A stretch of DNA of 64,000 nucleotides from positions 1,568,001 to 1,632,000 of the forward strand of contig CAWJWJ010000002.1 of the NCBI GenBank assembly GCA_963846575.1, read 5' to 3'. Position numbers and translations under genes: made by a program. This document shows, piece after piece, positions 60,776-64,000 of this stretch. The stretch is from an uncultured Nitrospiraceae bacterium. Lineage in GTDB: Bacteria > Nitrospirota > Nitrospiria > Nitrospirales > Nitrospiraceae. The notes beneath the pieces are model-generated. The model saw nothing but the letters and a program-made list of their open reading frames with translations. It searched no databases and had not been told where the DNA came from. The number at the start of each line of letters is the position of its first letter. The stretch's first letter is position 1.

Positions 60776-61562
60776 CCGCCGCGCGTTAGCCGGAAAAGGC
60801 GGTGTCACGCCGCGGGGGTTTGGATGGACGGTCATCTGCCTCGGCCTGCTGGTGCTCGGATCCCTCTGCGGCGCCTCGTCCGTCCATGCCGAAGGGCCCT
60901 CCCTTACGCTCGACCTGGGTCAGGGCGGTCCCAAACAAACGGCCGTGGTCCTGCAGATACTTGCGCTCCTGACGGTCCTCTCCCTGGCCCCGGCCATGTT
61001 CATCATGGTGACCTCCTTCACCAGAATGGTCATCGTCCTGTCGTTTCTGCGGCAGGCCCTGGGAACGCAACAGGTCCCGCCCAATCAAGTGCTGATCAGC
61101 CTCGCGTTGTTTCTCACCATGTTCGTCATGGCTCCGGTCGGGCAGGCGGTGTACAAAGACGCCCTGCAGCCGCTCCTGGCGGAGCAGATCGGATATGACG
61201 AAGCCTGGAATCGGGGCATTGTGCCGATTCGATCCTTCATGCTGAAACAGATGCGCGATAAGGATCTCGAGTTGTTCCTCGAACTATCCCATTCTCCGAA
61301 GCCGGCCCAGGTCGAGCAGGTGCCGACGCATGTGATCATCCCCGCCTTTGTGCTGAGCGAACTGCGCATCTCGTTTCAGATCGGCTTTCTACTCTATATC
61401 CCGTTCCTCATCGTCGACATGGTGGTCGCGAGTGTCCTGATGTCCATGGGCATGATGCTGTTGCCGCCGGTCATGATTTCGCTCCCGTTCAAACTGATTC
61501 TGTTTGTCCTTGCCGACGGCTGGTATCTGGTCGTGGGATCCATGGTCAAGAGTTTCCAATAG
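60765..61562 (+). CDS. fliP: Flagellar export gate protein FliP
   Basis: LT.LSLAP, TSFTR..IVLS.LRQALG.QQ.PPNQ, PAF..SEL...FQIGF and GMMLLPP..ISLPFK..LFVL.DGW. Confidence 0.97.
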   Translation: MSPSRRALAGKGGVTPRGFGWTVICLGLLVLGSLCGASSVHAEGPSLTLDLGQGGPKQTAVVLQILALLTVLSLAPAMFIMVTSFTRMVIVLSFLRQALGTQQVPPNQVLISLALFLTMFVMAPVGQAVYKDALQPLLAEQIGYDEAWNRGIVPIRSFMLKQMRDKDLELFLELSHSPKPAQVEQVPTHVIIPAFVLSELRISFQIGFLLYIPFLIVDMVVASVLMSMGMMLLPPVMISLPFKLILFVLADGWYLVVGSMVKSFQ

Positions 61563-61571
61563 GAGCCTCGC

Positions 61572-61844
61572 ATGACAGTCGAAATGGTGACGGAGATCGG
61601 ACGTCAAGCCATCGAAACCGCCATCCTGGTGTCGGCGCCGATTCTGGGATTAAGCCTCATTGTCGGCCTTCTCGTCAGCACCTTTCAGGCGATGACGCAG
61701 ATCAATGAGGCGACGCTGACCTTCGTCCCGAAGGTACTGGCGGTGTTCGCCGCCACCCTGTTGTTTCTGCCCTGGATGATGGGAGTCCTGATCGCCTTCA
61801 TGACCCATATCATCACCAGCATTCCGACGCTGATTCATTCGTAA
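61572..61844 (+). CDS. fliQ: Flagellar export gate protein FliQ
   Basis: FQAMTQINEATLTFVPK. Confidence 0.97.
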   Translation: MTVEMVTEIGRQAIETAILVSAPILGLSLIVGLLVSTFQAMTQINEATLTFVPKVLAVFAATLLFLPWMMGVLIAFMTHIITSIPTLIHS

Positions 61845-61858
61845 GGCATCGAGCCGCC

Positions 61859-62647
61859 ATGAACGCCGCACAGACCCTGCATCTCGCGCTTCCGCAGTTT
61901 CAAACGTTCTCCATCTTATTGGTCAGGATTGCCGGCATTATCAGCGTCTTTCCGATCCTCAACACCCACACCATCCCCACACCGGTCAAGGCGGGGTTGG
62001 TCACCATGCTGGGCCTGGTCCTCGCTCCCCTGATTCAATTGCCCGCTTTGCCCTCGGACCCCGTCGCAGTCGTCGCCGGTATCGGCAATGAATTTCTGAT
62101 CGGGTTGACGATCGGGTTGGCCGTGCGCCTCCTCTTTTCCGGGTTTCAGATCGCCGGCGATCTGATCGGCACTCAGATGGGCTTCAGCGCCATCCAATTG
62201 CTGGATCCCATGAGCCATCAGAACACGCCTCTCATCTCGCAGTTCCAACTGACGCTCGGCTCATTGGTCTTTCTGTCGCTCAATGCCCATATGCTGGTGG
62301 TCCATGCCATCGGACTGAGTTTCGAACTGGTCCCGCCGTTCGGTGCCCGGTTATCGAACGGTATTGCGCAAGACATCATGCAGCTGGCTCAAAACATGCT
62401 CGGGGTCGCCCTCAAGCTCGCCGCGCCGATGTTCGCAACGTTGTTGATCGTCAATGCCATTCTGGCGATTCTGGGCCGGGCCGTCCCCCAAATGAACATC
62501 TTCGCGTTGAGCTTTCCGATCACGATCGGAGCAGGGCTGATCGCCATGAGTCTGGCCATGCCCTTCACGCTTGCGCTCTTCGAAAAGGAATTCACCACCC
62601 TGGCGGAAACCATTCTGGCGCTGCTGAAAGGCCTCGGCCATGGCTGA
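61859..62647 (+). CDS. fliR: Flagellar export gate protein FliR
   Basis: AG..I..QMGF.....DP and R..PQMNIF...FP. Confidence 0.95.
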   Translation: MNAAQTLHLALPQFQTFSILLVRIAGIISVFPILNTHTIPTPVKAGLVTMLGLVLAPLIQLPALPSDPVAVVAGIGNEFLIGLTIGLAVRLLFSGFQIAGDLIGTQMGFSAIQLLDPMSHQNTPLISQFQLTLGSLVFLSLNAHMLVVHAIGLSFELVPPFGARLSNGIAQDIMQLAQNMLGVALKLAAPMFATLLIVNAILAILGRAVPQMNIFALSFPITIGAGLIAMSLAMPFTLALFEKEFTTLAETILALLKGLGHG

Positions 62648-63722
62648 GAACGCGCAGAATCGCACAGAACAGGCGACTCCGAAGCGCAAAGCAGACGCGC
62701 GCGGCAAAGGCCAGATTGCGCTGAGCCGTGATGCCGTGATGGCGGTGGGATTAGTGGGGAGTCTGGGCGTCCTCTATTGGTTGGGGCCGATCATGTTCGA
62801 GCGGCTCCGCACGATCCTGCAGGTCTGGCTCACGAAATCCGTGGAGGAGACGGCCCGTCGCACCCTCAGCCTCGATCACTTGCATGTCCTCCTCAGACAG
62901 ATCGGCCTGGATGTATTCGTGATGCTCGCCCCGGTGGTGGGAGGCATCGCCGTCCTCGGGCTCGGGGCCAATCTGATGCAAACGGGGTTTCTCTGGAAGC
63001 GGGAGGGGCTGGACTGGGATATCTCGCGCCTCAGTCCCATGGCTGGATTCAAGCGGCTCTTCTCCATTCGCACGGTCAGCGAAATGGTGAAAACCTGGCT
63101 CAAGATCCTCGCCATCGGATTCACCGGGTACATGGCGATCAAAGAGGACATGACGCAATTCTCACCCCTCACCCAGTTCGGGATGGAGACGCTGCTGCCG
63201 ACCGTGGGGTGGGCGACGTTCAAGGCCATGCTCATGATGGGCGGGGCCTCCCTGGTTATCGGCGCCCTCGATTATGGATACCAGCGCTTCGAATGGGAGC
63301 GCGGCTTGCGGATGTCGCGCGAGGAGATCAAGGAGGAGAGCCGCGCCGCGGAAGGAGACCCCGCCCTTCGCGCGAAAGTTCGCAGCACGCAACGAGACAT
63401 GGCTCGCCGCCGCATGATGGCGGAGGTGCCGAAGGCGGATGTGATCGTCACCAACCCCACCCATCTGGCCGTGGCGCTCCGGTACGACCAGAAAGCCATG
63501 GGAGCGCCGGTCGTGGTGGCGAAGGGCGCGGGCTTCATGGCCGAAAAGATCCGCGAGATCGGCCGTCAACATGGAGTCATGATCGTCGAAAACAAACTGG
63601 TGGCCCGGACCCTCTTCAAAATGGTCGAGGTGGGACGAGAGGTCCCTGAGGACCTGTATCGCGCGGTAGCCGAAATTCTCGCCTTTGTGTACCGCGTGCG
63701 CGGCAAGCTGCCGCCGGCATGA
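62640..63722 (+). CDS. flhB: Flagellar export switch protein FlhB
   Basis: RTE.AT.KR...AR.KGQ, MSREE.KEE....EGDP, TNPTH autocleavage site and P.V.AKG. Confidence 0.97.
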   Translation: MAENAQNRTEQATPKRKADARGKGQIALSRDAVMAVGLVGSLGVLYWLGPIMFERLRTILQVWLTKSVEETARRTLSLDHLHVLLRQIGLDVFVMLAPVVGGIAVLGLGANLMQTGFLWKREGLDWDISRLSPMAGFKRLFSIRTVSEMVKTWLKILAIGFTGYMAIKEDMTQFSPLTQFGMETLLPTVGWATFKAMLMMGGASLVIGALDYGYQRFEWERGLRMSREEIKEESRAAEGDPALRAKVRSTQRDMARRRMMAEVPKADVIVTNPTHLAVALRYDQKAMGAPVVVAKGAGFMAEKIREIGRQHGVMIVENKLVARTLFKMVEVGREVPEDLYRAVAEILAFVYRVRGKLPPA

Positions 63723-63738
63723 TCCGGCTCATGGAGCA

Positions 63739-64000
63739 ATGATGGCCAACGACAACGTATCGGTTTCCACGACCTCCCTCGTGAAGCACCCCGACATCCT
63801 GATGTCGGTGGGGGTGGTGGGCATTTTGATGGTGATGTTGATTCCCTTACCGCGTTTCTTCCTGGATCTCCTGCTGAGCTTCAACATCACCCTGTCCATC
63901 ATCATCCTGCTGGTCGGCATGCAGGTCCGCCGTCCCTTGGAATTTTCGGTGTTCCCCTCGATTCTCCTGCTGGTGACCCTGCTGCGGCTGGCGCTCAACA
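63739..64000 (+). CDS. flhA: Flagellar export protein FlhA (5' part, truncated by the window edge)
   Basis: MMANDN...LMVMLIPLP..LLDLLLSFNI.LS..ILL......PLEFSVFPS.LL..TLLRLALN. Confidence 0.95.
   Translation, partial: MMANDNVSVSTTSLVKHPDILMSVGVVGILMVMLIPLPRFFLDLLLSFNITLSIIILLVGMQVRRPLEFSVFPSILLLVTLLRLALN

Noticed and set aside
1..64000. CRISPR array, IS element, integrase, rRNA, reverse transcriptase or known defence genes
   Set aside because: No regularly spaced repeats, transposase/integrase/RT motifs or rRNA-like sequence were seen by eye

Overview
Bacterial chromosomal window, probably from a Nitrospira-like organism. That call is inferred from gene style: many stand-alone PilZ proteins, sigma54 NtrC-type regulators and the flagellar gene order. 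Layout: (1) 1-1.8 kb core genes (partial CDS, lgt, YtxH-like) ending at tRNA-Leu(TAA). (2) About 1.8-20.3 kb is an accessory, visibly less GC-rich patchwork with no integrase: DUF4242, beta-barrel protein, DUF3365 c-type heme protein, GT-C/GT2 pair, PilZ, receiver protein, DUF6496 relic, glgX, SRPBCC protein, and an unusual divergent signalling locus (MetOD1/V4R-like protein, PAS hybrid kinase and ATPase-degenerate HisKA_3 protein on one side; two stand-alone MEDS proteins on the other). (3) 20.3-34.7 kb core genes: DUF423, dienelactone hydrolase, Gfo/Idh/MocA, Lrp-type ligand domain, ComM/YifB, clpB and a GlrK/QseG/GlrR-like system. (4) 34.7-40.5 kb is a second decayed accessory patch ending at tRNA-Thr(TGT): two PilZ, an internally deleted transaldolase relic, pgi, a frameshifted lipoprotein and an RHS relic. 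(5) 40.8-64 kb is a large flagellar cluster: FleQ-like regulator, TPR protein, FleS/FleR-like pair, flgBC, fliEFG, a receiver-FliH fusion, fliIJ, MotE-like, fliK, flgDE, fliLMNOPQR, flhB and the start of flhA, with visible sigma54 promoters and two families of dyad enhancer sites. The best candidates for something new are the MetOD1/MEDS/pseudo-kinase phosphorelay and the receiver-FliH fusion, whose receiver resembles that of the flagellar master regulator. All family calls come from motif recognition by eye; no searches were run.
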